A stretch of 64,000 bases of DNA from Vicinamibacteria bacterium. Its GTDB lineage: Bacteria; Acidobacteriota; Vicinamibacteria; Marinacidobacterales; Marinacidobacteraceae. The notes beneath the pieces are model-generated. The model was given only the letters and a program-made list of their open reading frames with translations. It ran no database searches and had not been told where the DNA came from. Location of the stretch: assembly GCA_963422395.1 (NCBI GenBank), contig OY729431.1, forward strand, positions 1,920,001-1,984,000. The letters run 5' to 3'. This document shows positions 10,282-20,009 of this stretch, one piece after another; the stretch's first letter is position 1, and every line of letters starts with the position of its first letter. Made by a program: the position numbers and the translations under genes.

Positions 10282-11229
10282 GTGCCCCGGGAAGCAAAGC
10301 GACCTCTCGAGACCCCGGCCGGCCCTATCGCGGCAGACCGGGGCGCCGCCCGCCCCCTCGCTTCCCGGGAATACCCCGACCGGGTCGCCGCGGCCATCCG
10401 GAGCGCGCTCGGACCGAACCCGGCGCCGCTGATCGGTGTCTGGCGGCGGGCATCGTCCACGAACGAACTCGCCAGGCTGGCGGCGGCGAACCTCGCGGAG
10501 GCTGGCGGCAGCGCATGCCCCGGCTCGGGAAGCGTCTTCGTGGCCGAGGAGCAGACCGCCGGGAGGGGGCGCTACGGTCGGAGATGGGCATCGCCGACCG
10601 GCGGGCTCTACCTCAGCCTGCTCACGGCTTCCTCCCGGGCGTCGTCCTCCCGGCAGGCATGCATCCGCGAACTCGCCCTGCTTCCGATCGCCGCCGGACT
10701 CGCAGCGGTGGAGGCGGTCCGAAGAGCAACTGGGGAGTCCGCCGCCATCCGTTGGCCCAACGACCTCGACCTCCACGGGAGAAAGATCGCGGGGGTGCTG
10801 ATCGAGGCCGGCTTCGTCCGGGATCACCCGGAACTCGCGGTCGTCGGATTCGGGATCAACTGCCGCCCGCTCTCCGTGGGTTCCATCCCCGCGGGAACCG
10901 TGCCTCCAGGCTGGCTCCCCCGAGAAGTGGACCGCCCCCGGCTGGCGGGAGCGCTGGTGGCCGCATTCCGGGAGGCAGCCTCGCTGCTCGATCGGGACCC
11001 GGCCGAGCTCCGGGCGCGGTGGGAGTCGCAGAGCCCCTCGTCCCGAGGGCGTCGGTGCCGGGTTCGACTGAGCGGCGGCGACTGGATCGAGGGCACGACC
11101 GACGGCCTGGACCCGGACGGCGGCCTCCGGGTCCTCCTCGACGGCGGCGGGCGGAAAGTGATCCACGCGAGCGAAGCCGTCCGGGTGGAACACCGACTCG
11201 CGAGGCCGGAGGAATGCGAAATCCCGTGA
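10282..11229 (+). CDS. birA: biotin--[acetyl-CoA-carboxylase] ligase
   Basis: SSTN, AEEQTAGRGRYGRRWASP, RWPND and KIAGVL motifs. Confidence 0.92.
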   Translation: MPREAKRPLETPAGPIAADRGAARPLASREYPDRVAAAIRSALGPNPAPLIGVWRRASSTNELARLAAANLAEAGGSACPGSGSVFVAEEQTAGRGRYGRRWASPTGGLYLSLLTASSRASSSRQACIRELALLPIAAGLAAVEAVRRATGESAAIRWPNDLDLHGRKIAGVLIEAGFVRDHPELAVVGFGINCRPLSVGSIPAGTVPPGWLPREVDRPRLAGALVAAFREAASLLDRDPAELRARWESQSPSSRGRRCRVRLSGGDWIEGTTDGLDPDGGLRVLLDGGGRKVIHASEAVRVEHRLARPEECEIP

Positions 11230-11963
11230 CCGGAGGGGAGGCCGCAGACTATCTCCGGGAAATCGAACGCGCCTTCGTGGCGCTTCGGGGCGGCCCGTTG
11301 TTCCTGACACCCGCTGACTGGGAAGTGGCGCGGAGTTGGGAAGAGCGGGGCATTCCCCTCTCCGTTGCCCTCTCCGGGATCCGCGAAGCCCTCTCGGAGG
11401 GTGGATCGATTTCCACCCGGACGCCGCTGCGTCGTTGTACCCGCGCAGTGGAGGGCGCATTCGCGGCGCTGCGCCGCCAGGCCGCGGGGGCCGCTCCTCC
11501 CCCGGCGGAACCCGCAGCGGACCCCGGCGGCGCCCGAAACGGACCCCGCCGCCCCGGCGAAGAACTGGAACGGCTGGCGGCCTCGCTCCGGGAGGGGACC
11601 TTCTCGCTCGCCGGGGCCGAGGGGGAGGCCCGGACCGCGGTGCGGGCGGCCGCCGGGCGGGTGATGTCGCTCGCCGGAGCGGTCGGGAGCGGCGTGGCCG
11701 GGAGCCGCGCAGTCGGGAGCGGTGTGGCCGAGTCTCAGGCGGTCGAGGATCAGCTCGCCGCCATCGAGCGGGAACTGCTCGCCCGTCTCCAGGCGGCGCT
11801 GGCCCCCGCGGCCCGCGAGAAGATCGAAGCGGACGCCCGGCGCGCGCTCGCGGGGCACCGGACGCGGATGCCCGAACCCGTCTGGAGGGAGGCCTTCGCC
11901 GGGGCCGTCCGCCGCCGAGTTCGCGAGGCCTTCGGGATCCCGCCTCTCACCCTCGCCGGGTAG
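11214..11963 (+). CDS. hypothetical protein
   Basis: From ATG 11214: DYLREIERAFVALRGGPLFLTPADWEVARSWEERGIPL. Overlaps the birA end and has protein-like composition. Confidence 0.75.
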   Translation: MRNPVTGGEAADYLREIERAFVALRGGPLFLTPADWEVARSWEERGIPLSVALSGIREALSEGGSISTRTPLRRCTRAVEGAFAALRRQAAGAAPPPAEPAADPGGARNGPRRPGEELERLAASLREGTFSLAGAEGEARTAVRAAAGRVMSLAGAVGSGVAGSRAVGSGVAESQAVEDQLAAIERELLARLQAALAPAAREKIEADARRALAGHRTRMPEPVWREAFAGAVRRRVREAFGIPPLTLAG

Positions 11964-12125
11964 CCGCCTGTGGAGGAAGTGACACGAGCTCCAAGAGCGA
12001 GCCCGTTCTCCCCGGCGGGGCTCCGCCGTGTCCCCCAACGGAAGAACAGGACATCGCCGGTCGCTCCATGCGGAGCCAGCATGGCCCCGCGAACACGCCG
12101 GGTGACTTCGGAAACGGGCTGCTAG
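11961..12125. mobile_element. diverged full-length MITE-like repeat
   Basis: Left end TAGCCGCCTGTGGAGGAAGTGACAC, right end GTGACTTCGGAAACGGGCTGCTAG. Internal CATCGCCGGTCG is shared with other copies. Confidence 0.7.
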
Positions 12126-12139
12126 CTCGAAGCGAGGCC

Positions 12140-14671
12140 GTGCCGCGCGCCGAAAGCGGCGAGCCGGCTCCTTCTTCTTCGTCCGGCTCCCCCAGAGCCG
12201 GCGGCTTTCCGGCGCCCCTCCTCGTTCTCGCCGCCGCCTTCTGGTCGGGAATCGCCCTCTCGGCTTCACTCTTCCCGAAGCAGGAGGCGTCCCCCCTCGG
12301 GTTCGCAGCCGCCGGGGCGCTCCTCGCCGCGGCTTGCCTGCTCTCCGGCACCTTCCCGAGATTCCGGCCGGACGCGCCGCCGCCTCCCTTCCGGGGCGGA
12401 GCAGCGACTGCGGCGCTGGTAGCCGCCGCCTTCGCCGCCGGTTTCCCGAGCCGTCCGGAACCCGGTTCCGCCTCTTCGCTCGCCGCCGCCGCCCGTGCCC
12501 TCGGAGCGGACCGGCTCCGGCGTCCGGTCCGCCTCGAAGGCGAGCTGCTCGGCGAGCCGGAGGACTTCGGCAGCCGCACCGTGCTCCGCCTCCGGGTGGA
12601 CCGGCTGGCGGCGAACCGGAAGGAGTGGGCCGTCGCCGGCGAGGCGCGGACTACCGTGCATGGCAGCCGCGCGCATCTGCGAGGTCTCGCCCGCGGCGCC
12701 CGCATCTCCGTCTGGGCCCGAGTCGCCGAACCCCGGCCGCCAGGCAATCCCGGGGCGCGCGAGGGGTGGGAGCCGGTCGCGCTTTTCGGTTCCGCCAAGA
12801 GCGGCCTGTTGGTGCGCGAGCTCGAAGCAGGGCCGGCTTTCTGGCGGGCAGTGCGGAGCATTCGCATCGGCGTCCGGAATCGGCTCCTCGAATCGGGTCT
12901 CCCGCCGCCAGCGGCAGCGGTGGCCGCCGCGATGCTGATCGGCGACCGAACTCTGGCCCGCCCCGAAACCGAACGCGCCTTCCGGGACGCCGGGACCCTC
13001 CACCTGATGGCAGTGAGCGGCCTCCATGTGGGAATCGTGAGTTTCCTGTTCTACGGAGCCGCGGTGCTCTTCGGTGCCCGGCGCCGCACCGCGTTCACTC
13101 TGCTGCTGGGAGTGCTCCCCCTCTACGCGGCTCTCTCGGGCGGGCGCCCGTCGGTGATGCGAGCGGTGCTGATGGCCGGGGTGCTGATCATCGGGATGCG
13201 GCGCGGGCTCTTCGGAACGGCGATGAACGGGTTGGGCTTCGCCGCGCTCCTGCTGCTGGCCCACTCCCCCGGGAACGCTCTCGATGCGGGGTTCCAGCTC
13301 AGCTTCGCCGCCACCCTGACCATCCTCGCCGCCTTCCGTCCTCGGGACCCGGCGGAAGTCTCCTGGGAACGGCCGCCGCGCTGGCGCGCCTTCCTGATCG
13401 GCCCCCTGCTCGTCACCCTCGCGGCGCAGCTCGCCACCTTCCCGATCATCGCCTGGCACTTCGGCAGAGTGGTTTTCGGCGGCCTGCTGGTCGCGGTCCC
13501 TGCCGCGCTCCTCGCGGGTCCGGTACTGGGCATCGGCTTCGGCTGGATCGTGCTCGGCGGAATTCCGCTGCTCGGAGACGGGCTGCTCTTCGGGCTTCGG
13601 CAGACCGCCGAGGCCATCATCTCTCTCAGCGAATGGGGTGCTTCCCTTCCGTTCGGGGCTTTTCCGGTTTCCCGGCCCGGCCTGGCGTGGCTGCTCGCCT
13701 GGCTCGCGCTGACGGTCTTCGTCCTGGCAGCCCGTTTCCGAAGAGACCCGGCAACCGACCGACGGCTCCCGCAGGTGCTCGCCGCCGGATTGCTCGTCCT
13801 GCTCGCCCTCTCTCGCCTGCCCTGGCGGGATCCGGCGGACGGGACGCTGCGGCTCACCGCCCTGGATGTAGGCCAGGGCGACGCGCTGGTGCTCGCCCTG
13901 CCCGATGGAGGCGCAGTGCTGGTGGACGCCGGAACCGCCTTCGACGGCTGGAGCGCCGGCGAATCGGTCGTGATCCCCTTCCTCGCCGAGCGGGGGCATC
14001 GCCGGCTCCGGGCCGCAGTGGCCAGCCACGGCGATCTGGACCACATCGGCGGCTTCTCCGCGGTATTCCGGGACTTCGCGGTGGACGAAGTCTGGGAGAG
14101 CGCCGGGACTGCCGAGGACGGGCGCCGGACGGTCGAGCGCTTCCGCCGGGAGAGGAGGCGGCGTGCCATTCCGCTACGCCGCCTCCGCAGCGGGGAGCGG
14201 TTCACGCTCGGGGGGGCCGAATTCCGGGTGCTCTCCGCCGGCGAGCGGGCTCCAGAAGGGGCCGACCGGCCCAACGAGCGCTCGCTGATCCTGGTGGTGG
14301 AGTTCGCCGGCCGCCGGATCCTCCTCACCGGCGACGCCGGCAGCGCCTCCGAGCGGATGCTGCTCGACCGCTACCGCGGCTCTCTTCGCGCCGATGTGCT
14401 CAAGGTCGGCCACCACGGCAGCCGCTCCTCGACCTCGGCGGCGTTCCTGTCGGCGGTGGCTCCCCGGATCGCTCTGGTTTCCGCCCGGGCGGATGAGCGG
14501 CGCCGCCTCCCGGACGAAGGCGTCCTCGAACGCCTCGCGGCTTCCGGCGCCCGGGTGTACCGCACCGATCACTCCGGCGCGATCACCGTAGAGATCGCTC
14601 CCGACGGAAGCCTGACCGTGAAAACTTTCCACGATCGGCAGCGCCCGCCGCCCGCGGCCCGGCCTCAGTAG
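12140..14671 (+). CDS. comEC: DNA internalization competence protein ComEC/Rec2
   Basis: HLMAVSGLHVG, GFQLSF, ALDVGQGDA, SHGDLDHIGG and LKVGHHGS motifs. Start placed at the GTG after the MITE. Confidence 0.92.
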   Translation: MPRAESGEPAPSSSSGSPRAGGFPAPLLVLAAAFWSGIALSASLFPKQEASPLGFAAAGALLAAACLLSGTFPRFRPDAPPPPFRGGAATAALVAAAFAAGFPSRPEPGSASSLAAAARALGADRLRRPVRLEGELLGEPEDFGSRTVLRLRVDRLAANRKEWAVAGEARTTVHGSRAHLRGLARGARISVWARVAEPRPPGNPGAREGWEPVALFGSAKSGLLVRELEAGPAFWRAVRSIRIGVRNRLLESGLPPPAAAVAAAMLIGDRTLARPETERAFRDAGTLHLMAVSGLHVGIVSFLFYGAAVLFGARRRTAFTLLLGVLPLYAALSGGRPSVMRAVLMAGVLIIGMRRGLFGTAMNGLGFAALLLLAHSPGNALDAGFQLSFAATLTILAAFRPRDPAEVSWERPPRWRAFLIGPLLVTLAAQLATFPIIAWHFGRVVFGGLLVAVPAALLAGPVLGIGFGWIVLGGIPLLGDGLLFGLRQTAEAIISLSEWGASLPFGAFPVSRPGLAWLLAWLALTVFVLAARFRRDPATDRRLPQVLAAGLLVLLALSRLPWRDPADGTLRLTALDVGQGDALVLALPDGGAVLVDAGTAFDGWSAGESVVIPFLAERGHRRLRAAVASHGDLDHIGGFSAVFRDFAVDEVWESAGTAEDGRRTVERFRRERRRRAIPLRRLRSGERFTLGGAEFRVLSAGERAPEGADRPNERSLILVVEFAGRRILLTGDAGSASERMLLDRYRGSLRADVLKVGHHGSRSSTSAAFLSAVAPRIALVSARADERRRLPDEGVLERLAASGARVYRTDHSGAITVEIAPDGSLTVKTFHDRQRPPPAARPQ

Positions 14672-16046
14672 CCGGTGGACGAAGTCAGCCGGAACATCCA
14701 GCCTTCCAGCCAGTTCTGGAATTCGCGGTTGCCGTGGAATTCCCGAAAGAGGATGGCGTCGTCCTCGATCAGATCGGCAAACACCTGCCGGAGCGCTTCC
14801 GCGTGCTCGATCCGGGCGTTCTGCTCGTCCCCATGACGGAGCGCGTTGTCGTACGCGGTATGTTCCCGAAGCCGCCGGGGAATGTCCTCGGTGAGGAGCC
14901 GCTGGACGCGGTCGCGGTCGCACCATTCCAGATCGCCGTAGCGCGTATTGAACTCCTCGACGATGACCGAAAGCGGGTGCAGTTCGGCCTCCGGCTTTCC
15001 GCCTCCGCCGGACAACGGCGTGGGCTCGATCTCCGGGGTCTCTTCCAAATACGAAAGCGCCCTCACCGCCTCCTTCTCCGCCCGGTAACTGTCCATATCG
15101 ATTCGAGGATCCCCTTGGAGAGGTCCTGCTCGACAGGAGCGGGCAGCCTGGGAACGAGGAATTCGAGGAAGATGGACAGCGTCTCCCATTCGGCCCTGGT
15201 GTAGGGAAGGATCTGGGCGAGGAAAGCGTAGGCGCGCAGGAACGCTTGGCCTTCTCCTTGAAGTCCACCTGAGGTCTGCCCGGTAGCGTTCGATGCTCGG
15301 GTCGAGGAGGGGGTCGAGCTCTCCGCGACCCTCCCCAGCCAGATAGCGGCGGGCCACCTCTTCGATCTCCCGCTGGCTGTACACCCGGCAGCCGTCGAGG
15401 GCGGCCTTCGGTGCGGTACCGCGCCTCGTGCTCGTCCACCGCGAAATGCGCGGCGCAGCGGCCCGGTCGGAAGAGCGGCTCCTTCGGATCCCGGTCGAGT
15501 TGGTATTGCTTCACCGCGTCGGCGACCGTCTGTCGGGTCAGGTTGTTCTTGAGCTCGACGGTGACCCACCGGCAGGCCGTTCACGAAGAGGCAGAGATCG
15601 AGAGCGTTCTGCGGCTTCTTCGCGCTGTATCGCAGCTGGCGGGTGACCGTGAACCGGTTGGCGGCGAACCGCTCCTCCGCCGTTGGATTCTCCGGGGACG
15701 GCGTCGGGTGGAAAAGGGTGAGCTGGTGCGGGCCATGCTGCAGACCGTGCCGCAACAGGTCGACAATTCCGCGTTTTTCGATCTCCCGCGAGAGCCGCGC
15801 GAGGAACTTCCGACGAAGGGGGCCGCCGCGGTCGAGGGTGAGCGCCTGGGCGGTCTCCGGCTGGGACTCGCCGAGGAAGGTGCACAGCTCGGAGAGGTCC
15901 ACCGAGAACTCGCGGTCGTAATCGTTCGGTGATCCGCACCGCCATCCCGGCCCGTAGGATGCCGGCCGCTCCTCCACCCGGTCTGCGGCCACCGCGCGGT
16001 CCGACTCGCCGCCCGAACCGGTGAGCAGCCGGCAGACCCGCTCTTC
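14665..16046 (-). pseudogene. hsdR: type I restriction endonuclease R subunit, frameshifted with the helicase core deleted
   Basis: N-terminal TRQLRYS...LDLCLFVNGLPV / ELKNNLTRQTVADAVKQY is joined directly to C-terminal FLRAYAFLAQILPY / IDMDSYRAEK / QNARIEH, across several frames. Confidence 0.85.
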
Positions 16047-16165
16047 ACTTCGATGGCGACCAGCGTTTCGCCCTGCCGAAGAACGAAATCCACTTCGCGG
16101 TTCCGCTCGCGCCAATAGAAAACCTCGAAATCTCCCGCGGCAGCGGCGTTTACCAGATTTTTACT
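16038..16165 (-). pseudogene. 3' fragment of an AAA ATPase with DUF4143-type nuclease C-terminus
   Basis: VFYWRERNREVDFVLRQGETLVAIEVKSG. Confidence 0.7.
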
Positions 16166-16189
16166 CACTGTTCGTCGGACCGGGCAGCT

Positions 16190-16290
16190 CGCGTGCGCCA
16201 GCTTCTCCTCCTGGGCGAGGCTGATCCGCCCGGACCGCTCCCACGCGGCCACCCGGCCTTCCCCGGCACCGACCTTGCTAACGAGTTCCG
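16190..16290 (-). pseudogene. XRE-type HTH fragment (possibly from an HTH-ImmA/IrrE protein)
   Basis: ELVSKVGAGEGRVAAWERSGRISLAQEEKLAHA. Confidence 0.4.
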
Positions 16291-16368
16291 CATAGTTGAG
16301 GCTGGGCCGTTCCAGAGCGAAACCGATCAAATAGCCCAACTCGTTATGAGTTCTTGCGCTATGAGATT

Positions 16369-16432
16369 TCAGGGTCGGATTCGGGTTTCCCGGTCAAAGA
16401 AATCCTCAGAGCTCGGGAACGGCGGCTTCCCT
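16369..16432 (-). pseudogene. diverged orphan 3' tail of hsdS
   Basis: CCCGGTCAAAGAAATCC...GCTCGGGAACGGCGGCTTCCC matches the hsdS tails at about 18160-18220 and 19990-20050. Confidence 0.6.
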
Positions 16433-16532
16433 CGCGTGGGCGGGGATCCGTCAGGCGGGACTCGGGCCTCGATCCGCGGGGGCGTCCGGCGGGCGGGGCG
16501 ACGGCTTCCCGGAGCTTCGAGACCGCGATCGG

Positions 16533-18032
16533 TCAGCTGGACCGATCTCCGTTCTCCAAATCGGGTGCCGCCCACCACGGGATGTACTTCATGAGTTTCC
16601 GCGCCGCGTTCTGGTCGAAGGGCGCGATCGCTCCGGTCTTGACGGCATCCCGAATCATTCTCGACGCTTGGGAGGCGTTCCCGTCCGCGATACCGAGCCG
16701 CTTCCGCAGGGACGCATTGCTGAGAAAATCGCCGCTCAGATACCGCAGGCAGGCGTGCAGATAGCAGGTCCAGGACCGTTCGGTGGAGGTCATCTCGCTC
16801 AATTCCTTGTGGGCGTAGAGAGTGACCTTCGTGAAACCGGCCGGGGTCTGGAATGCCGGAGGCGGGAGCTGGCGCGCCTCGACCTGCTCGACTACCTTGT
16901 CGATCCCGATGCCGCGTTCTTCACAGAAATCGAACCGCCGCATGAGCGACGCGAGCGCCTCGTTCCTCGACTTCGGCGGCGCATCCACGAAGCGGTCGGT
17001 CGCCACCAGCGGCTCGCCGGGATTCGTGATCTCGATCCTCCGGTCGAAGATCTCGACCATCGGTCCCGCACCCCGAACTTCGAAATCCTGATGGATCAGG
17101 GCATTGGCGACGAGTTCCCGCACTGCTCCCGGCGGGAACATCCACTCGATCCGACGCCGTGCCCGCTCGATGACTTCGCGTGAGGGAAGCAGCGCGTCCA
17201 GCTGGTCGTTGATTCGGCCGAAGGAGATCGCGTATCCGCTCGGGAACTCCCATTCGCGGGCGTCGGCAGTGCGTCCGGCGCCGTCATATCGGACAACCCG
17301 CAGAGCCTTTCGTCCGAGCCCGGGGAAGTCGAGAAGCCTCCGGGCCAACAGGACGCCGCCGAGATTCACGATGTCCCAGCCGCCGGCGGCACCGGGGCGA
17401 ATCAACCCGTCGCGGGCCAGAGCCGAAAGGGCGGCTCGCCGGCTCGCCGGGGCCGGGATGCGCAGCCGGTCGAAGAACGCGGGGCAGTCGAGCAATCGCA
17501 CGACCTCGGCATCGCCCAGACCTTCCGCAGCCACCCGGGATTCGAACAGGGTTCGGTCGAAGACGCGCCAGAGCTCCCGTTCCTTTTCCGGATGGTCCCG
17601 AAGCCGGTTCGTGACCCCGCCGATCCGGAGGAACTCCTTGCCGGAGAACGCCACCGGCTGGGTGCGGGCGGCGCCGATTTGCAGCACGACCACCCTTCGT
17701 TCCTGCACTGTGGTCTCGTGGAAACGAAAGTCCAGGCGGGGAGTCGACATCCGGAGCAGCCAGATTTCGAGCGGTTCGCCGCCTTTCCTGGCTTTCGATG
17801 GCGAGAACCGGGTCCCGACGATCCGGTGGGTTCCGTTCTGGACCCCCCATACGAGATAACCGGCCGGCTTGCCGCACAGAGCCGCGCCGTTCGCAAGCGC
17901 CGACAGATACTTGCCGATGACCTGCGGATCGCTCTGATTTTCCTTGAACTCGACCCATTCGGTCTCCTGCGGCAACCGGCTGAGCTCCCGTACCAGGCTG
18001 GCGATGCGGTCCGGATTCCGGTCAGCGGTCAT
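16533..18032 (-). CDS. AlbA_2 (Schlafen-like) + HATPase_c_4 domain protein (RecG-like ATP-binding protein)
   Basis: ETEWVEFKE, SALAN..GYLVWGV, RELVANALIHQDF, IEITNPG, SRNEALA and CEERGIGIDKV motifs. Confidence 0.88.
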   Translation of the reverse strand: MTADRNPDRIASLVRELSRLPQETEWVEFKENQSDPQVIGKYLSALANGAALCGKPAGYLVWGVQNGTHRIVGTRFSPSKARKGGEPLEIWLLRMSTPRLDFRFHETTVQERRVVVLQIGAARTQPVAFSGKEFLRIGGVTNRLRDHPEKERELWRVFDRTLFESRVAAEGLGDAEVVRLLDCPAFFDRLRIPAPASRRAALSALARDGLIRPGAAGGWDIVNLGGVLLARRLLDFPGLGRKALRVVRYDGAGRTADAREWEFPSGYAISFGRINDQLDALLPSREVIERARRRIEWMFPPGAVRELVANALIHQDFEVRGAGPMVEIFDRRIEITNPGEPLVATDRFVDAPPKSRNEALASLMRRFDFCEERGIGIDKVVEQVEARQLPPPAFQTPAGFTKVTLYAHKELSEMTSTERSWTCYLHACLRYLSGDFLSNASLRKRLGIADGNASQASRMIRDAVKTGAIAPFDQNAARKLMKYIPWWAAPDLENGDRSS

Positions 18033-18287
18033 GGTGTCCGCCCTCCCGACCGGTTCCACTGCGTCGGATCAGGGCAACCAAATCGGCATGGACCTGTTCT
18101 GGAGCGAAAGCCGGTCAAATACGCCAAGTCGTTCCATATCATTGCGTTACGAGGATCGCGGGTTCGGGTTCGGGTCTCCCGGTCAAAGAAATCCGCGGCG
18201 CTCGGCAACGGCGGCCTCCCGAACATCGAGCTTGCCGGTGACGACATCGGCGACGAGCCGCATCCGGTATTCCTCGACCCGCTCGAT
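17771..18287. repeat. near-identical direct repeat of 19598-20115 (hsdS tail, intergenic region, AlbA_2 5' end)
   Basis: By eye the copies differ by one substitution and one 1-nt indel. Confidence 0.92.
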
Positions 18288-18400
18288 GCGATTACCCGGC
18301 GCGACATCGAGGCTCGCTTCCATCTCATCACCGAACGGCGCGGCCCGGGAGCCAGCTCAGCGCATCGCCGACAGGATCGACGAGCTGATGGGTGCGGCGG
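18278..18400 (+). pseudogene. collapsed tyrosine integrase remnant
   Basis: PLDAITRRDIEARFHLITERRG (core-binding-like) joined to EPAQRIADRIDELM (C-terminal-like). Recognised by similarity only. Confidence 0.45.
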
Positions 18401-18800
18401 GAGGCCCGGAACCGGTCGCGACCTCATCGGCGCCGGACCAGGTCATGCTTCGGTCACTGTCGCACGGCGCGGAGGTCGATTGTAAGCCGTCCGGCGGCGC
18501 GCTACAGATTTCCGCGGGCAGTCCGGCTGCCGCCGCCGAAGAAATGGACCAGGAACGTGTCGGCGGTGTTGCCGGGTATCGCCATTGCTGCGCTCATCGT
18601 GCCGTCTCCGTTTTGCCGTCGGTGGGGAACGGCGGCGACGCCTCCCTTCGGGACGCCGACCGCTGCCCCGCTTCCGGCCAGACTCTCCTCTCGATCGCGC
18701 CGGGCGCGGTCGGGCGCGATCATCGGTATGCGACGTCATCGCCGGACCGGGGACGGGACGGCGGCAGACCGGCGATGCGTCGCGGAACGCGGGGCGGGCG

Positions 18801-18829
18801 TTGACGGGCTGTAGCCTGACGGCTACGGT
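18801..18829 (+). promoter_or_regulatory. TA promoter with operator palindrome
   Basis: TTGACG-17 bp-TACGGT with GTAGCC-N4-GGCTAC overlapping it. ATG lies 6 nt after the -10. Confidence 0.65.
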
Positions 18830-18835
18830 GTGCAC

Positions 18836-19126
18836 ATGTCCGAGGTCCGCAAGACCGATGTCTACGCCAGGTGGCTTGACGGGCTGCGGGATCCCCGTGC
18901 CCGGGCGCGCGTCCTCGTCCGGGTCGAGCGTCTGGCGACCGGCAACCCCGGAGACGTCAGACCCGTCGGTGAAGGCGTATCGGAACTGCGGATCGACTAC
19001 GGACCGGGCTACCGGGTGTACTACAAGCAGCAGGGGCGCACGGTCGTCGTCCTGCTGGCCGGCGGGGACAAGCGTTCCCAGGACGACGACATCGCGACGG
19101 CCATGCGCCTCGCACGAAACCTGTAG
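18836..19126 (+). CDS. RelE/ParE-superfamily addiction module killer protein (HigB-like)
   Basis: WLDGLRDPRARARVLVRVERL..GNPGDVRPVGEGVSELRIDYGPGYRVYY. Confidence 0.92.
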   Translation: MSEVRKTDVYARWLDGLRDPRARARVLVRVERLATGNPGDVRPVGEGVSELRIDYGPGYRVYYKQQGRTVVVLLAGGDKRSQDDDIATAMRLARNL

Positions 19127-19135
19127 GTGGGCGAC

Positions 19136-19462
19136 ATGACCGGAACCGCGACTTCACCCTACGACGTGGCCGAGCACCTTCGCACGGCGGAGGACATGGC
19201 GGCGTATCTGGAAGCCGCCATCGAGGAGGCCGGCGACGACGCCGCGTTCGTCGCCAGGGCGCTGGGCGACATCGCCCGCGCCAAGGGCATGTCGCAGGTC
19301 GCATGCGACGCCGGCCTGTCGCGCGAGAGCCTCTACAAGGCGCTCTCGGGAGAACGCAATCCGACGTTGAGCACGGTTCTCAGGGTCGTCTCCGCTCTGG
19401 GTTTGAAGCTGCGCGCCGAAGCGGCGCCCGCTTCCGGCCCGGACGCGCCGGCGCATGGTTGA
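19136..19462 (+). CDS. addiction module antidote protein (HTH)
   Basis: YDVAEHL..AYLEAA..ALGDIARAKGMSQVA..GLSRESLYKALS..NPTL. Confidence 0.92.
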   Translation: MTGTATSPYDVAEHLRTAEDMAAYLEAAIEEAGDDAAFVARALGDIARAKGMSQVACDAGLSRESLYKALSGERNPTLSTVLRVVSALGLKLRAEAAPASGPDAPAHG

Positions 19463-19531
19463 AATCGAACCAGCGGGAATCCTGGTTCCTTGTAACCCAT
19501 TGTAATTCTGGCTGTATTTCGGCACGAAAGG

Positions 19532-19859
19532 TTCACGATGTCCCAGCCGCCGGCGGCACCGGGGCGAATCAACCCGTCGCGGGCCAGAGCCGAAAGGGCG
19601 GTTCGCCGCCTTTCCTGGCTTTCGATGGCGAGAACCGGGTCCCGACGATCCGGTGGGTTCCGTTCTGGACCCCCCATACGAGATAACCGGCCGGCTTGCC
19701 GCACAGAGCCGCGCCGTTCGCAAGCGCCGACAGATACTTGCCGATGACCTGCGGATCGCTCTGATTTTCCTTGAACTCAACCCATTCGGTCTCCTGCGGC
19801 AACCGGCTGAGCTCCCGTACCAGGCTGGCGATGCGGTCCGGATTCCGGTCAGCGGTCAT
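19532..19859 (-). pseudogene. truncated, internally deleted duplicate of the AlbA_2-HATPase gene
   Basis: Matches 17365-17434 plus 17771-18032, with 340 bp deleted between them. Confidence 0.9.
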
Positions 19860-20009
19860 GGTGTCCGCCCTCCCGACCGGTTCCACTGCGTCGGATCAGG
19901 GCAACCAAATCGGCATGGACCTGTTCTGGAGCGAAAGCCGGTCAAATACGCCAAGTCGTTCCATATCATTGCGTTACGAGGATCGCGGGTTCGGGTTCGG
20001 GTCTCCCGG

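Noticed and set aside
11336-12139. N-terminal 268-aa extension of ComEC (1111-aa ORF)
   Set aside because: It overlaps the upstream gene in another frame and runs through a MITE. Open by chance in GC-rich DNA
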